Positions 23,201 to 36,199 of a DNA stretch of 64,000 bases are shown piece by piece (positions within the stretch are counted from its first letter, which is position 1; each line of letters opens with the position of its first letter). The DNA is taken from positions 305,532-369,531 of the forward strand of contig NMRA01000429.1 of the NCBI GenBank assembly GCA_002633005.1, written 5' to 3'. The notes beneath the pieces are model-generated. The model was given only the letters and a program-made list of their open reading frames with translations, was not told the origin of the DNA and ran no database searches. A program made the position numbers and the translations under genes. This DNA is from Phoronis australis. Its lineage: Eukaryota; Animalia; Phoronida.

Positions 23201-24044
23201 TTATTCAAGTGTCTATTTGTGAATCTCAAAAATCTAGAAATAAAACCGCATTCAGATGTGGAAAGCAAACAGGACGTCTGATCAGAAGGCAGATTGTTTG
23301 CTTAACCACGCGTTCACAAAGGCGTCCTATTTGCCGTATAACGAGTGATGGGGGACATGCCCATTTTTTGCAGGTACGGTCGCTGGCAGACTGGGTTGTT
23401 CAGCAACAGTATTATGTTTCCATTGTTGCTTATATTACTCATAATGCCTTTGTTCAGCCAAAGTCCCACCACATGAGGGCACTGCGAAGGAACGTATTAC
23501 TAACTGTCGAATTCCGGTCGCCATCTTCGCATGTTTTTGACATGGCTGGGTTTCTTTATCACTGGTTTCTCGTACACTGTGGATTGGTATGTAAGTGGTA
23601 TTAGTTGACAACCTTATTGTTTAATTAAAAAGACTGTCTGAAGCTGTTACCCGTATTGTACGCGTCAGGTTAAGGTTAATGCTGAGTGCCCGATGAAATG
23701 CAATGGTTTATTTCCTTTTGCCCGTCAGGGCCTCATATTAGCTGCTGGTATACAGATTTGCATTTTTCGTCAAATTTGGTCTTGCACAAAGAGGTGTCTA
23801 ATTAGGATTTCCGTTGTCCAACGATGTGCTCTTACCGATACATGTTTAATACATCAAAATAAGGGGTGCAGCAGTGCGTAGAAACACACCGTAATCTAAG
23901 ACCTCGTGTGCCGCAATGCATGATGCGTTTTCTTTTCCATTGGCAGGAGGAGGATCCATTGGCCGCACTTAACTTGAATTAACAGATGAATAAGGAAACT
24001 GCATTAGAATTCATATCAGCAACAAATTAAGAAATGCGTGAATT

Positions 24045-24930
24045 TTTTTCATATTTTTATTTTGCTCCAGCATGATAGTTACATATCTCATAAAACAATA
24101 CAGTACACATAGTTTACAAAGAATAACATTAAATCATTAGTCAAAAAGTACCGTATTTCCTTCAGCATGTAATTTAATGAAGTTAATGAACAATTGGAAA
24201 ATTAAGGTTTTTTAACAAACCTTTGGCTAAATATGTAATTTTTGCTAACATGATCAACAGATTAAAATTACAATTTTCCGTCTGAATGTTTCCCAAAAAA
24301 CAAAAAAACACTGCTATCCTGTCCACATGGAAATTTAAATGATATGTTTGTTTTAACCACTCAGCAAACAGGAGCCAGAAACAGGAGACAAGACGACATT
24401 CCCAAAACAGATGGAGAAAAGTTTCACTGTGTTCACCACAGAATGAGCATAGATCACTTGTTTTTTTTTTAATTCTATGTAAATAATTATTAGTTGGTAA
24501 TATTCTGAGAATTATGCGGTATTGAAACCAACGCAATTTTGTATCTTTTGTACAATGTGAGTTTATTTACATTACTCCACTCTTTATCAGAGTCACTAAA
24601 ATTTGCATTATTTATAACACCGTTTATTTCTATCTCAGATGACCACTTGCTTTTATATTTACAAGTTGTCTGAAGTGACTGTACTAAGGTGCCATAAATA
24701 TTTACCCCTTGTGATCTACATTCTGTATTATGTAAAATTTTATTAATATAACTTGGAAAAATTTGGTAAAAAGATATTATCTTGTCTCTTCTTAAAACCC
24801 CTGTACGCTGCAAAGGTTTCACTTCTTAAGCCATAGAATTCTAGTATTATAGGTTGAAAGTTATAACTATTACAGAGTTGTTCGTATGACATAAAAGAAC
24901 CTTCAGCATTAAACAAATCACACACACGAT
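24045..24930 (-). mobile_element. L1/Tx1-like LINE 3' fragment
   Basis: FQYRIILRILPTN...CSFCGEHSETFLHLFWEC (zf-RVT); same family as 57119-57948. Confidence 0.88.
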
Positions 24931-24935
24931 AGACT

Positions 24936-24972
<37 letters not shown>
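24936..24972. repeat. poly-C plus (CT)n microsatellite
   Basis: Direct reading. Confidence 0.9.
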
Positions 24973-25499
24973 AAGCAGGTGGGTTTTTAAAATTTTTAAG
25001 TGCCGGCTGCCTAAAAAGATGAGTATACCTGTTTTCTAGAAATAAAAAGTAGTGGGATGTTCCCGAACAACTAAACATGTGACATTGCATCTATACAAAC
25101 GCAGTAACTGAAAGCGAAGACCGTTTTTCGTGGTAACAATATGTGGAAATTGACAAGAGTTCAAATAACTTTTGACTAAAAATGCAGCTGCAACCCCGCA
25201 TTCCGGCTTTCAAAGAGACCACCTAGCGATATAAAAGTGTTCCCAACTAGTTCATTACTCAATGGTTTCTGGGAACAACTTACAGTTCGTCATTGGTGGG
25301 TGCCAACTACTGCAGGCGAACACGCCTTGAGAACCCAGGTTGGGTGGATACGATTCCATGGCCTAGCTTCTAAGTTTTATTTGCGGGCCCTTAAACTCTG
25401 GTCCCCGGTACGGGAGTTTGATCCATAGGTATGAAGCATTTTTGCGCGAATATAATGTAGGGGTGCGCGCAGCATAACTGGTAACATTAGAAAGTCGTC

Positions 25500-25830
25500 C
25501 AAGATATTCTTGGGCAGCGGGGAGCAGTCTGTTGCAGTTGCTTGAGGTGAGGAATCCTTTAGAATTCCTGTGGAGTCATGGGCTCAGCAATGACCAGTTC
25601 TTTGACCCTGTCTACTGTTATTGTACATTCACGATTTTCTCCCTGACATCTCCAGTAAGACAAGTTAATTTGAGGATCATCCTATCTGTTACAATGTTTT
25701 CAATATGTACAGGACACTAGTCTCCCATTCAATTTTGAAAGACTTGACAAGTAGGGGAACGACTGGGTCATGTCGTTTCACCTTGACAAATATCTAATTA
25801 TGCATATAAGCAAGAAGAATAACGGTTATT
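25500..25830 (+). mobile_element. Highly decayed CR1/L2-type RT fragment
   Basis: Remnants resembling VLGPLLFLLYINDLPD and WVMSFHLDKYLIMHISKK. Confidence 0.6.
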
Positions 25831-27039
25831 CTAACAACATGTGCACTCCATGGCCACTCTCTCAAGATCAGAACAGAGGAGAAAAATCTTTTGTAACTCG
25901 CACATCTGCTACACACAGAACAACGAGATTACATGACTGTATTTGCTTCTGTCCTCTGATTTTTATCCCCCACAAGAAGAGCATACGCTTTCCTGCAGTC
26001 AACTTCTTGAACGTCTACTCGCTTTGTTGTCAGGGTTCATGGCTTTACAGCGTTCGATTGGTCAGATCCTGAATAGCGACATCTGACGTCCGGGCGGCAT
26101 TAAAGTGACATTTCGCGGCCAGGTTGGTCAATGTTACCGAATAATAGGAAGGTATCTTACCGCATTTAGCCAACCGGAGTACAATACCTGCCCTCCAGTA
26201 TAAAGATATACATGTATAGTAACGCAAACTGTCAATATATATTAATTACTTGCTCAAATTCAAAAACAAAAATATTTATATACGGGCAATTATTTTTTAA
26301 GTAATTCTGAAATCACTTTCTGCATCGTAAAAACTTTTGATTTAGACCACTTGCTGTTGTGAAAATTGGTCTCGAATTATTCTTTAATCAAATTAGAGTT
26401 ACGTACACATGTAGGGACTTATAAGTTAACAATTAATAAGCCTGTAGCTAACCAAATACCCAGAAAACTCAGAAAAATGTACAATTTCTCAACGCAAAAG
26501 TCGGCAGAATTTGACTATTAACTTTATCCCAGTCTGCCATTAACTGGTTCACCTGACTATGTCTTCTTAGTAAAATTTAGCACGCAAGAAAGGTACTTTC
26601 ATAAAAACGCAAGTGTGTAACCAAATTTCATCTGATATACAGGAAATTGTTTTACAGTAGATGAAATCTCAATACATGTTACATTTTTCTAAGCTCTCAT
26701 TTTTTTCGCTAGTGTTTCAATAAAAATCATCAAGATTCTATTCTGATAGCCCTCATTCAACTGTTGTACATTTTAAATGGAGAATAGTGCATTAAGTATA
26801 GCATCTGAAAGCTTAATATGAGTCCTATCTGTCTGGTATTATCTTCTGACGTTAGCTAAATTGAGACATTTTTCTAGGGTCTTACAAGCTTAAAGATGAT
26901 ATTTGAAGAAAGGTTTGAGGCGGAGCACATTCTCTGTTTATAACGTACTGTAAGTGTGGTCCAACTCCAGAAATTTCGTAACTGTAAGCGGTCATGGTCA
27001 AAAGATACTTTTTGACGGTGCCCGGGTTCATAGCCTCGT

Positions 27040-28020
27040 TTAATAGCACCTTACTTTCCCCCTTAAATTTTTAAGCACTATTACGAATTCATCACGAACT
27101 GTCTTGTTAATCACTCCATATAGAATAGGATTCAAAAAATTACACGTGTTGTACAAAGGCAGCGAAATCAATTCAACTTCCCGCATGATCCTAGAATATT
27201 CCTTGTTCATCGAATCTGTGAACATTTTCGCTTGTCGTGAACCTACATAAGGGAATAACGACAAGATGTAACCAAATGTAATGGCAAATAACACCAACGA
27301 CGCCTTTATCTGCGACCTTAGCTGCCTCTGCTTCTCTTTTGCCTCTGCGTCTCTGGGTAATGACGCTGGACTTTTCGCGAGTTTCCTGGATGCCATGTAA
27401 ATCCTTACATAGCAAAAACATAAAACAAGCGAAGATGGGAAGAAAATGGCTCCCATTAAACCGATGACCGTCAGAGTTCCAAAATCACGACGACCCCAGT
27501 CAAGTTGACAAGCAATTAGATAAGAATCAAATTCGTACTTCCCGAGACCAAACAAAGGCGGACTCGTGATTATCACAGGTAGCACCCAAGATGCAAATAT
27601 CATACACTTCGTCAGGCGATTAGTTATTTTTAAATGGTAATGCATTGGCTTTACGCATGCGTAGAAACGCTCTATGCTAATGCACAAGAGTGTCGTCATC
27701 GATTGAACTCCTAAACAATTCTGAAGAAATCCGATAACACTACAAAGATTTTCATTGTTCTGAAGCAACTCCAACCCGTATACAGTTATCCACAGTGTGA
27801 TGGGAAAAGATATATCTCCAACAGCCAAACTCGAAACAAGATAATAACCAGGAGCATGTAGCGGATAACGAGAGTAAATTGTATAAAGTAACATGATATT
27901 CGATAGAACTGTTATAAGTGGTATGACAGTGTAGTAGACTTCAAACCCCAAACGGTTATCTTCATTGATAAGCGAATCGGTTTTGTTAAGTGATATATTA
28001 ATGAACACTGTAGAATCCAT
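27040..28020 (-). CDS. Intronless rhodopsin-class orphan GPCR, paralog 2
   Basis: Closely similar to paralog 1 (YSRYPLH.PGYYLVS, LLCISIERFYACVKPMHYHLKI, ACQLDW, LNPILYG); start assumed at MDST, frame open to 28134. Confidence 0.93.
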   Translation of the reverse strand: MDSTVFINISLNKTDSLINEDNRLGFEVYYTVIPLITVLSNIMLLYTIYSRYPLHAPGYYLVSSLAVGDISFPITLWITVYGLELLQNNENLCSVIGFLQNCLGVQSMTTLLCISIERFYACVKPMHYHLKITNRLTKCMIFASWVLPVIITSPPLFGLGKYEFDSYLIACQLDWGRRDFGTLTVIGLMGAIFFPSSLVLCFCYVRIYMASRKLAKSPASLPRDAEAKEKQRQLRSQIKASLVLFAITFGYILSLFPYVGSRQAKMFTDSMNKEYSRIMREVELISLPLYNTCNFLNPILYGVINKTVRDEFVIVLKNLRGKVRCY

Positions 28021-28719
28021 AATATATTCGTTCTCCAGCAAGGTATTCTGAAAAATATTATATGTTACAATTAAAATAACAACATCAGAAAAGAAGCACC
28101 TGACGCAGCAATCAAAACCAATAACCAACTGCATAAAAATCGTATCATCGTTATTAATTTCAATTACGAAATATCCATTTAAAAGTCAACAGTGAACCAA
28201 ATGTGAAATCGGAAATCACCTAGTGACAATATACCTCTACATTTTCTCGCTTACTGCAAAACATAGTATACAGTGGCCGTCTACCATAGATGCGTAATGT
28301 TACGGCCGTCTTAATAATGTGATAACAACTGTTATATAATCTGGGTTTACGATCTAGTTATATCAACTATTATACAATTTGGGCTCATAAACTAGTTATA
28401 AACCAGTGTCACAGACTATAAATGGAAATGTTGATCAGTACCATGGTAACGCAGTTTCTAATTTTGTTGAAGATTGTTTTCTTGAAACAGCTTCATCGAA
28501 TTTCGATCCTGGTTTCTCTCACTTCGGACGCCACGATGATTTTTGTCACCGCTTCACCAGCACGTCAGAAAACTCGAAAGTCATCGTCGGTTTTATGCCG
28601 AAAAACACATATTGAGAATTACTGATAAAAATGCTGTGGTATGCGTTGTACAAGTACCAGACCGCTCAGATGGGTCTATTGCACTAATCGTTTGAAACCC
28701 ATTTTATGTTTTACTAATA

Positions 28720-28720
28720 T

Positions 28721-28752
<32 letters not shown>

Positions 28753-28868
28753 AAAACCGAGCTAGGGACCTGACGCATGAGTTCAGCAGTGTGCCCCAGT
28801 GGGAGTCGAACTCATGACCTTAAGTAAAGAACAAGGATACCTGTCCCACGAGGCCACATTGCGTCCTC
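28720..28868 (-). mobile_element. tRNA-derived SINE with (TA)n tail
   Basis: Minus strand TGTGGCCTCGTGG (A box), GTTCGACTCCC (B box), 3' CTAGCTCGGTTTT(AT)n; same family as 33063-33200. Confidence 0.75.
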
Positions 28869-29061
28869 TCGAGGATTATTAGTGGATGGGATAGACTTCT
28901 TGCAGTTATTAGCTTTGACCAGAGCTATAAACCAACAAAGTTGTTTAGTTTTCAAACTTTATTAGAAATCGCCAAATTTCGCTGTTTTATGCCGGAAATC
29001 AGGGCCGGCGTCTTTTATCATTGGTAAACGCTTAAAATACACCGCTATTTAAAACACTTAA

Positions 29062-30550
29062 GGGAGAATGCCGCCCGATCTAAGTCTTTTTTACCGTCTT
29101 AATCGGTCTATATCCACATCGTCTCGCATACGATCGACCTTACCTTGCCGAGAGGTGTCGCGTTAACCTGTAGGGAAGGTGAGAAACGACGCCGCGACGT
29201 CAGTGGTTCATCAGCAGAATGAATGCCGCTATGTTGCGGTGCATCGTTCGCACTTGCCAGAACTATGGAGCTGTAAGGAAAGCTGGTACATGTATATCGT
29301 TTTTTCGACTTCCTCGAGAACCCGAATTGCTTAATAGCAGGTATGAGGCCGTGAAACATCTCCTTGTCTGTGGCCGACATTTCATCGACAGTGATTTCTC
29401 TGACGAATGCCGGCTTACCAAAGAACTATCTACACGTTCCGTTGCCTTTGCATGTTCATCGCGCCTCTTTAATATTTCTTGATCAGTGTATTCCGGTTCG
29501 AACTTATAGCCTGTGAAATTTAACGATCCACCTGTAAAGTCTTCGTCGGATGAGCTCTCGTCTAAGTCGGGATTGCGAGTTGCCATGTTGACGTTCATTA
29601 TTCTGCGTTGAAATAAATTATTCTCATCCTAACCAATGCCAAGAAACTGAAATAACGACTGTCTCATTAGATAAAATTTGGAATGCCTTTGAAGTATTTG
29701 TGAGTGCAAATGTTTTAAGAAGCCAACAATGAATAAACCACTGCGTTACCGGACTTAGATGGAATAAAGATAATTTGACCGGGCACCGAGACCGTGTGAG
29801 CACATGCTACTAAATTCAATGTTTGCTGACAGAAAGCTGTTTTGTGAAATAATAACTCGATCTTATATGCTATGGAAATCTTTATTTAGATATAAAAATA
29901 CATTATTCAAATCATTGTTACTGTACAACCTTTGCCCTGACGGTCTGTGGAAGCGGAACCCGACTTCGCGGCCCCCGACAAGTACGTAGATTTTCAGTTT
30001 CGTGGTCAATTCACCAAAATAATTACGTGCACATTATTTCTTTGGCTCACTACTACAGTCTTTTCGTGACTAGAGGTTTAGTTTCCAACTTAAGCTGGTT
30101 TATGTTCGTGATGTCCAACCCCGCCGGCGGCCGCGACGGGCCTGATCGGGTTCCGAGCCACTGGCTGGAATAACAAGTATTTTGTGTGTTTAGAACTGAA
30201 AAAATATCGCAATTCTAAAATTACAACACACAGTCATGATCTCCTGTCTGTATTTCACGGAAGAATGATTCGAATCTCTCACCAAACAGACCCAAACTCC
30301 TGCGATCGACCATGGTAAATTAGCCTACCGCACTCTATAGGACACGTTACGTTCAATACCTATAAATCCGTAACAGTGAAATAAAACACGTCTGTTCAAG
30401 AACTCGATGTATTTGTAAAGGTTTTACATCCAATTTTGATGATTTATTGGTGTAAAATAATGTATTCAAGCGATAGGTTGACACCAGTAAACGTGTTGTG
30501 AACAGCTGAATAGACTGCGTTCGGAACCGATTACGTCATTGGTTAATTTG
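29062..30550 (+). mobile_element. Kolobok-like non-autonomous DNA transposon with THAP remnant, copy 1 (right end missing)
   Basis: TTAA then GGGAGAATGCC; THAP-like CIVRTC..SFFRLPREP..VCGRHF (29231-29400); colinear with 45332-46966. Confidence 0.75.
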
Positions 30551-30667
30551 TTTAGAAAGTAAAATACTAGAGACATTAGTTCAGGTTGGGAGTTGCCGTG
30601 AACAAGGGACACTGGAACTCATTTTTACGAATGCAATGTCAGCAAACAAAGAGACAGTTACATTTTG

Positions 30668-30823
30668 CAGGGGTGGGTCCAGGATTTTGAGTTAGGGGGA
30701 CCATGGTGGAGTATTAGCCAGGATTTTGCCTGTCTGACATTCGCATCCTCGAACTGCCAAATGGAATTTGGGAAAATTTTAGGGGGGGCATGGCCCCTTA
30801 GCCCTATTCTAAGTCCGCCAGTG
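30668..30823. mobile_element. GC-rich MITE, family shared with 35654-35965 and 56350-56469
   Basis: CAGGGGTGGGTCCAGG...CTAAGTCCGCCAGTG; shared AACTGCCAAATGGAATTTGGGA core. Confidence 0.75.
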
Positions 30824-31693
30824 TTTTTAATACCTGTTCCACAATTGTCATTGTTTTAAAATGGAAAAAACAACTGTGTTGAAAAGCGGGACATCGTGCG
30901 TATATGTTAAAACGCAATTGCGAAACACTTGTCGCAGCACACCAAAACGTTCCGACGGCGTTTTGGCGAACGGCAGACGTAACTCTCAAAAGCTTCAGTA
31001 GGCGTTTTTTGTGAAGTTTTAGTCAAATGGGAAATGTCAACTTCGATTTTGCCCTGCTGAGAATGCTCCGCGCATGCGCGGCCTTTGTTTGCATTCGTTT
31101 TTTCCGGGGTTGGTTATTAGTATGGAATTTGCTGTCAATAACACTTTTCACAACTCCGCCGTTTTTCAACTAAATTGCGTAAGAGTCGTTTAAGTAAAAA
31201 CCCCTTCTTAAGTTTTTGGTTGTGTCTGATTATGACATAGGCAAAAAGATGAATAATTTAATTCATAAATAATTATAATTTCTAATACCTCACATGTTTG
31301 AAAATATTTGATAATTCTAAAAAACGAGAGTGTCGCGAAAAGGCGAAAAATGATAGGATGTAATAGTAACATCAAGAGGAAATGAATTCGGGGTTACAAA
31401 AATGACTAATTACAACAGCAAGCAAATAAAATCAATGATTCAAAAGATTTCTACCATATCGAGACAGACATTTTCAAATATGGAAAGTCACATTTCCTGT
31501 AAAGAATTTAGCCAGGAATTCTTCCAGCATTATACAACTTTTTATATTAATTGGACCTTTGGTGCAGTTTAATACGCTTCTTCACAAATAATCCAGGATG
31601 CAGTGACATTTACAAAAATGTTATAAACTAGCTACTCCAACTACTTATTGCTTTCAGCAACACAAAGTATTGAATTGGATTTTTTGTAAAGTA

Positions 31694-31696
<3 letters not shown>

Positions 31697-31738
<42 letters not shown>

Positions 31739-32421
31739 NNNNNNNNNNNNNNNNNNNNNNNNNNNNNNNNNNNNNNNNNNNNNNNNNNNNNNNNNNNNNN
31801 NNNNNNNNNNNNNNNNNNNNNNNNNNNNNNNNNNNNNNNNNNNNNNNNNNNNNNNNNNNNNNNNNNNNNNNNNNNNNNNNNNNNNNNNNNNNNNNNNNNN
31901 NNNNNNNNNNNNNNNNNNNNNNNNNNNNNNNNNNNNNNNNNNNNNNNNNNNNNNNNNNNNNNNNNNNNNNNNNNNNNNNNNNNNNNNNNNNNNNNNNNNN
32001 NNNNNNNNNNNNNNNNNNNNNNNNNNNNNNNNNNNNNNNNNNNNNNNNNNNNNNNNNNNNNNNNNNNNNNNNNNNNNNNNNNNNNNNNNNNNNNNNNNNN
32101 NNNNNNNNNNNNNNNNNNNNNNNNNNNNNNNNNNNNNNNNNNNNNNNNNNNNNNNNNNNNNNNNNNNNNNNNNNNNNNNNNNNNNNNNNNNNNNNNNNNN
32201 NNNNNNNNNNNNNNNNNNNNNNNNNNNNNNNNNNNNNNNNNNNNNNNNNNNNNNNNNNNNNNNNNNNNNNNNNNNNNNNNNNNNNNNNNNNNNNNNNNNN
32301 NNNNNNNNNNNNNNNNNNNNNNNNNNNNNNNNNNNNNNNNNNNNNNNNNNNNNNNNNNNNNNNNNNNNNNNNNNNNNNNNNNNNNNNNNNNNNNNNNNNN
32401 NNNNNNNNNNNNNNNNNNNNN

Positions 32422-32454
<33 letters not shown>
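31697..32454. other. Assembly gap (N 31739-32421) flanked by (CA)n, (TG)n and (TA)n
   Basis: Direct reading. Confidence 0.98.
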
Positions 32455-33062
32455 TGTGCTGCATGTTTTCATGGATGAGGCTGAGCCGTTCGTCACAATG
32501 CAAATGCTACAACATACCCGCAACAAAATCTGATTGGGATGGAAGTATGGTTCACCTTACCGTTAGTTATGAAACATCACTTGGCTGGATAACAAGCATC
32601 ATATGAAAAAAGACTAAAAAATAAAATGAAAAAACTCACATAAGCAAAATAAGTTAGTGCGACCACGTTGAAATTATCAGAGCCGGTGTTGGCAAACACG
32701 TATAAAACGCAGTTGACAATGGAAAGGCTTCCACCATGACAGTAATTACCTCAAGAGATACACACAGACGCACAAACTAAAACTCGTGGCAATAGAAGAG
32801 ATATAGGTCCACGACTTGAAGAAGACTCAAGTCAGATGAACAACATATACTGCTGCGGCGACGGGGTTTGGGTAATCAAAAAAATGTAAGAGACACATAG
32901 ATCTTGTGAACCAGGGGTAGCAGAAGATCGGTTGGGTGCAGTGTTTTCCAAGATAGGAGTCCTAAAACTGCTGAAAACATGCTGCCGTAGAGTTATTTAA
33001 TATAAAACTTGTAGGTGTAAATTTGTGAATAAATGTCGGCACGATGTTTATAGTAACAACTG

Positions 33063-33200
33063 AGGAGACAGTGTGGCCTGGTTGATAAGTTCCCGCTTTC
33101 TTTACCCGACGTCGTGGGTTCGAGTCCCACCAGATCACACTGCTAAGCCCTTGAGCCAGGTTTCTAGCTTCTCAGCTCGGTTTTAACCATATATTAATAA
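33063..33200 (+). mobile_element. tRNA-derived SINE
   Basis: GTGTGGCCTGGTTG (A box), GGTTCGAGTCC 33117-33127 (B box), AGCTCGGTTTT tail. Confidence 0.75.
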
Positions 33201-34270
33201 AGCATAAAAATAATTCCAGGTGATCAGTGCAATGGGCCCACATGCGAGGCCTGCGCACTTTTGGTACAACGTGTATCAGACCGCCTGCAATTATTTTTTT
33301 ATTATAATAACAGCCTGCTAGAATTGTGTATGCACTGTAAGCTATGAAAAGTAATTTATTCAAAAAGGCAGTATAGGTAAATAGGTAACTGAGACACTCG
33401 TACGTTGGGGATATTGTTTCACTGTTTCTGTTGTTAAAAGCATTGGACGACTAGCGAGTGAGGGTATAGCTTTTACAAAAACAGAGGCGTAAAGTATATA
33501 CCTATAAATCATTTTGAAGATGCAAATAAGTTTCCTTCAAATCCTGGAAAAATGAACTTGGCTTATTTTTCTTCAAAAATAGCTACTGCCGACTTGGCTG
33601 ACAAGATAAAAATATGATTCACTGAGACAAGTAGGAGAATTGCTTCATCAAACAGAGAAGCGTAAAGACAATAGTGGGAATGCTAAATCTGAGATTTGTA
33701 AGAGATCAAGCAGCCCTGCCAGATAAATGCCAAACGTTTTTTTAAAATGCCGTTAGTTGAATTTAAGGGAACTATACAAAACAAAAAAGAAACCTATTAG
33801 CCCTAAGTCATAAATTTTCTCCTACGCTTCACACAACTATTTCTGAAATAAATAAGTATATTTCATTTCAGAAATCTCTGAAAATATACCCATTAGGTCA
33901 AAAATGGATAGTTGTTCCTGGTCTGTGCTCACTTTGAAACCAGCGTTTACTGATTAAAAAAAGAAAAAAGCGCCCTGATACGCCGTAAAATGCAACAATT
34001 TCTTAAAATGTAACAACTGTTACAACTTACATCATTGTTATATTTTACGTTGCTAGGTATGCTTGCTTACATATTTCATATTATATCACAATATCAGCCT
34101 CGAATGGCCAATACAACCGTGTAATAACCCATTTAGTTATCTCACTTAGTCTAGTGAGATAACAGTTTGGTGGGAACCGAGGCCGGTAGCAAGAAAGTCC
34201 AGACGAGTCGAGAAAAGTAGATCAATTCATTGCAATAGTTCTCGTTCAGTATGTCGTATAAATACATGAT

Positions 34271-34420
34271 TATTACATGGTGAAGTCGTTATCCCCCTTA
34301 TCTAGAGCCCTCGAGGATTTTGGAGAGTTCTCACCCTCGGGGCTAACGCCTCTCGGGCGATAATTCTCCAAATCCACTCGGGCTCTAGATAACGGGAGAT
34401 AAAGACTTTGCCATGTAATA
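34271..34420. mobile_element. 150-bp near-perfect palindromic element
   Basis: TATTACATGG...CCATGTAATA with arms pairing almost to the centre; partial copies at 20193 and 35033-35097. Confidence 0.85.
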
Positions 34421-34448
34421 AATATAGATTATCAATCTATACTAACAC

Positions 34449-34600
34449 CACAATATCAGCCTCCGAATGGCCAATACAACCGTACAATAACTCATTTAGT
34501 CATCTCACTAGGGAGATCAACATTTTTGGCGAGGCCTGTTTCGAACCTGGTCCGCATGAGTTTTGAGTCGTCGACTTTACCACAGCACAACTTAGCGGCT
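34449..34600 (-). mobile_element. tRNA-derived SINE-like element; its body is repeated at 34087-34165
   Basis: Minus strand GTGGTAAAG...GGTTCGAAAC; CACAATATCAGCCTC..GAATGGCCAATACAACCGT occurs on both sides of the palindrome. Confidence 0.55.
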
Positions 34601-35653
34601 GACGTCATCGAACGTGAAAATTGAGCACGCAAAACAATCGCATGTTCAACAAACGGCATTGTACCGACATTTACACGTTATGAAAAATAAGAACCATAAT
34701 TTCCATTAAAAAGGATATTTTAATTCAGTGAAATTTATCTCTCATTTTCTCTCACTTGTAAATCACCAATCTCCAATTTTGAATGCAGGTATTCTGTCGT
34801 CGGGATTCTTCAATTTAAGCATTATACTCAGTTACCATTGGTAACCTACTTTAGCAGAAGATATTTTCTCGGTCGAAGCTTACCGTGATTAAATGTGTAG
34901 TAAGCTATAATAGTTGCTAAACCTTAATTGATAGATTCATTTTTTTCCATTTTGTTTAAATTTTCAATTGGATTTGAGTAAAAGAATTATTTGACAACAC
35001 TAGCTCGGCTTTTCTAAAAGGTCACGACCTCCGATGCCCCTCGGGTGATAATTCTCCAAAATCCACTCGGGGGATAACGACTGAGGATATGTAATAATCT
35101 ACATATCTTATTACGTCGCTGAGTGACTTTCCTTGAAGATTTTTAAAACTGTCGTCACGTGGTGGAACAGAGAGTTCGACGATTATTGACCTCGCAGACT
35201 TTGCGAAAATAAAAGCAAAAGAAAAGCACATTCACGTAAGAAAATAGAAGACTTTTATGAAAAAGCTCCAAACAACTGTTGAAGTTTTGTCTGAGATAAA
35301 ATCAGTGTAATTCTCAGTTGAACATTGGAAATTTCATGCTTCATTGTCGCTGACTGTCTCTTTATTACAATTATTCAGTGTAAGGTATGGGACTGTCGTT
35401 ACAGACGTTTAATATATTTTACCCCTTTTGAAAAATAACCTAGCGTGGGCGGCTCATTTATTTAAGTGCTACACAGCCCTGGTCTTGATGTAATAAATTC
35501 GAATTTTGAATTTTGTTGCAGGGACAAACACAGGCCTCGTGCATACAGAGCACGTGGCAGCTCGCGCGCCAACTTTCCCCGGCTAGCTCTAGTAGCGCTC
35601 TGATACGCCAAACTGAAAAATGGTTGGTGATTCCTGTCCATCGTCGGCATTCC

Positions 35654-35965
35654 CAGTGGCGGATTTAGGGGAGGCCAAGGGTCCATGCCCCCCCCCTAAA
35701 ATTCTCCCAGATACCATTTGGCAGTTCGGGGTGCGAATTGTTGAGTAGCATATGCGTGCATCCAGGGTGGCTCGAGGGGCGAATGCACAATGCATAGGCC
35801 TTGAACAAACCACGTTTACCGTTTTTTTTTTTAGTAAAAAGGTTCGCAAACTCAGAATTGGAGACCGCTACATCCCTATATTTTAGGCTGGGCGCGCTCA
35901 TGTGCCGAAATTGTGGTTATTCCTGTGCCCTGCCCCCCTCACTCAAAATCTTGGATCCGCTCCTG
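35654..35965. mobile_element. GC-rich MITE
   Basis: CAGTGGCGGATTTAGG...CTTGGATCCGCTCCTG; flanks ATTCC/ATTCT. Confidence 0.8.
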
Positions 35966-36059
35966 ATTCTGTCTTGCTATCGGACGAAAGATTCATCGGT
36001 CTGTGCTTCGGAGGTCTGTATGCCGTTTCTCACAGAAAAAGGGCGTTATTCCTGGCGTG

Positions 36060-36199
36060 CGTTCAGTAACACTGGGATCTACGCTAGGACCAAGCTAAAA
36101 TCTAGCCAAAGTCACGTGTTCTCAATAAAAATACACGGCAATATCTCACGTAATCTCCCGGAGTCATGCTTTTCTGGGATGTCCTAGTGTTACTGAACG
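36060..36199. mobile_element. Short MITE; related copy near 52826-52935
   Basis: Inverted ends CGTTCAGTAACACT...AGTGTTACTGAACG; shared TCACGTG..GCAATATCTC core. Confidence 0.65.

Noticed and set aside
18852-28134. Opsin call for the two GPCRs
   Set aside because: Asn rather than Lys at the Schiff-base position in TM7
31628-32533. Three roughly 290-aa ORFs
   Set aside because: Artefacts of translating through the N gap and microsatellites
33063-33140. tRNA gene (also 28790-28868 and 34530-34600)
   Set aside because: A and B boxes are present but no complete cloverleaf; shared non-tRNA tails indicate SINEs
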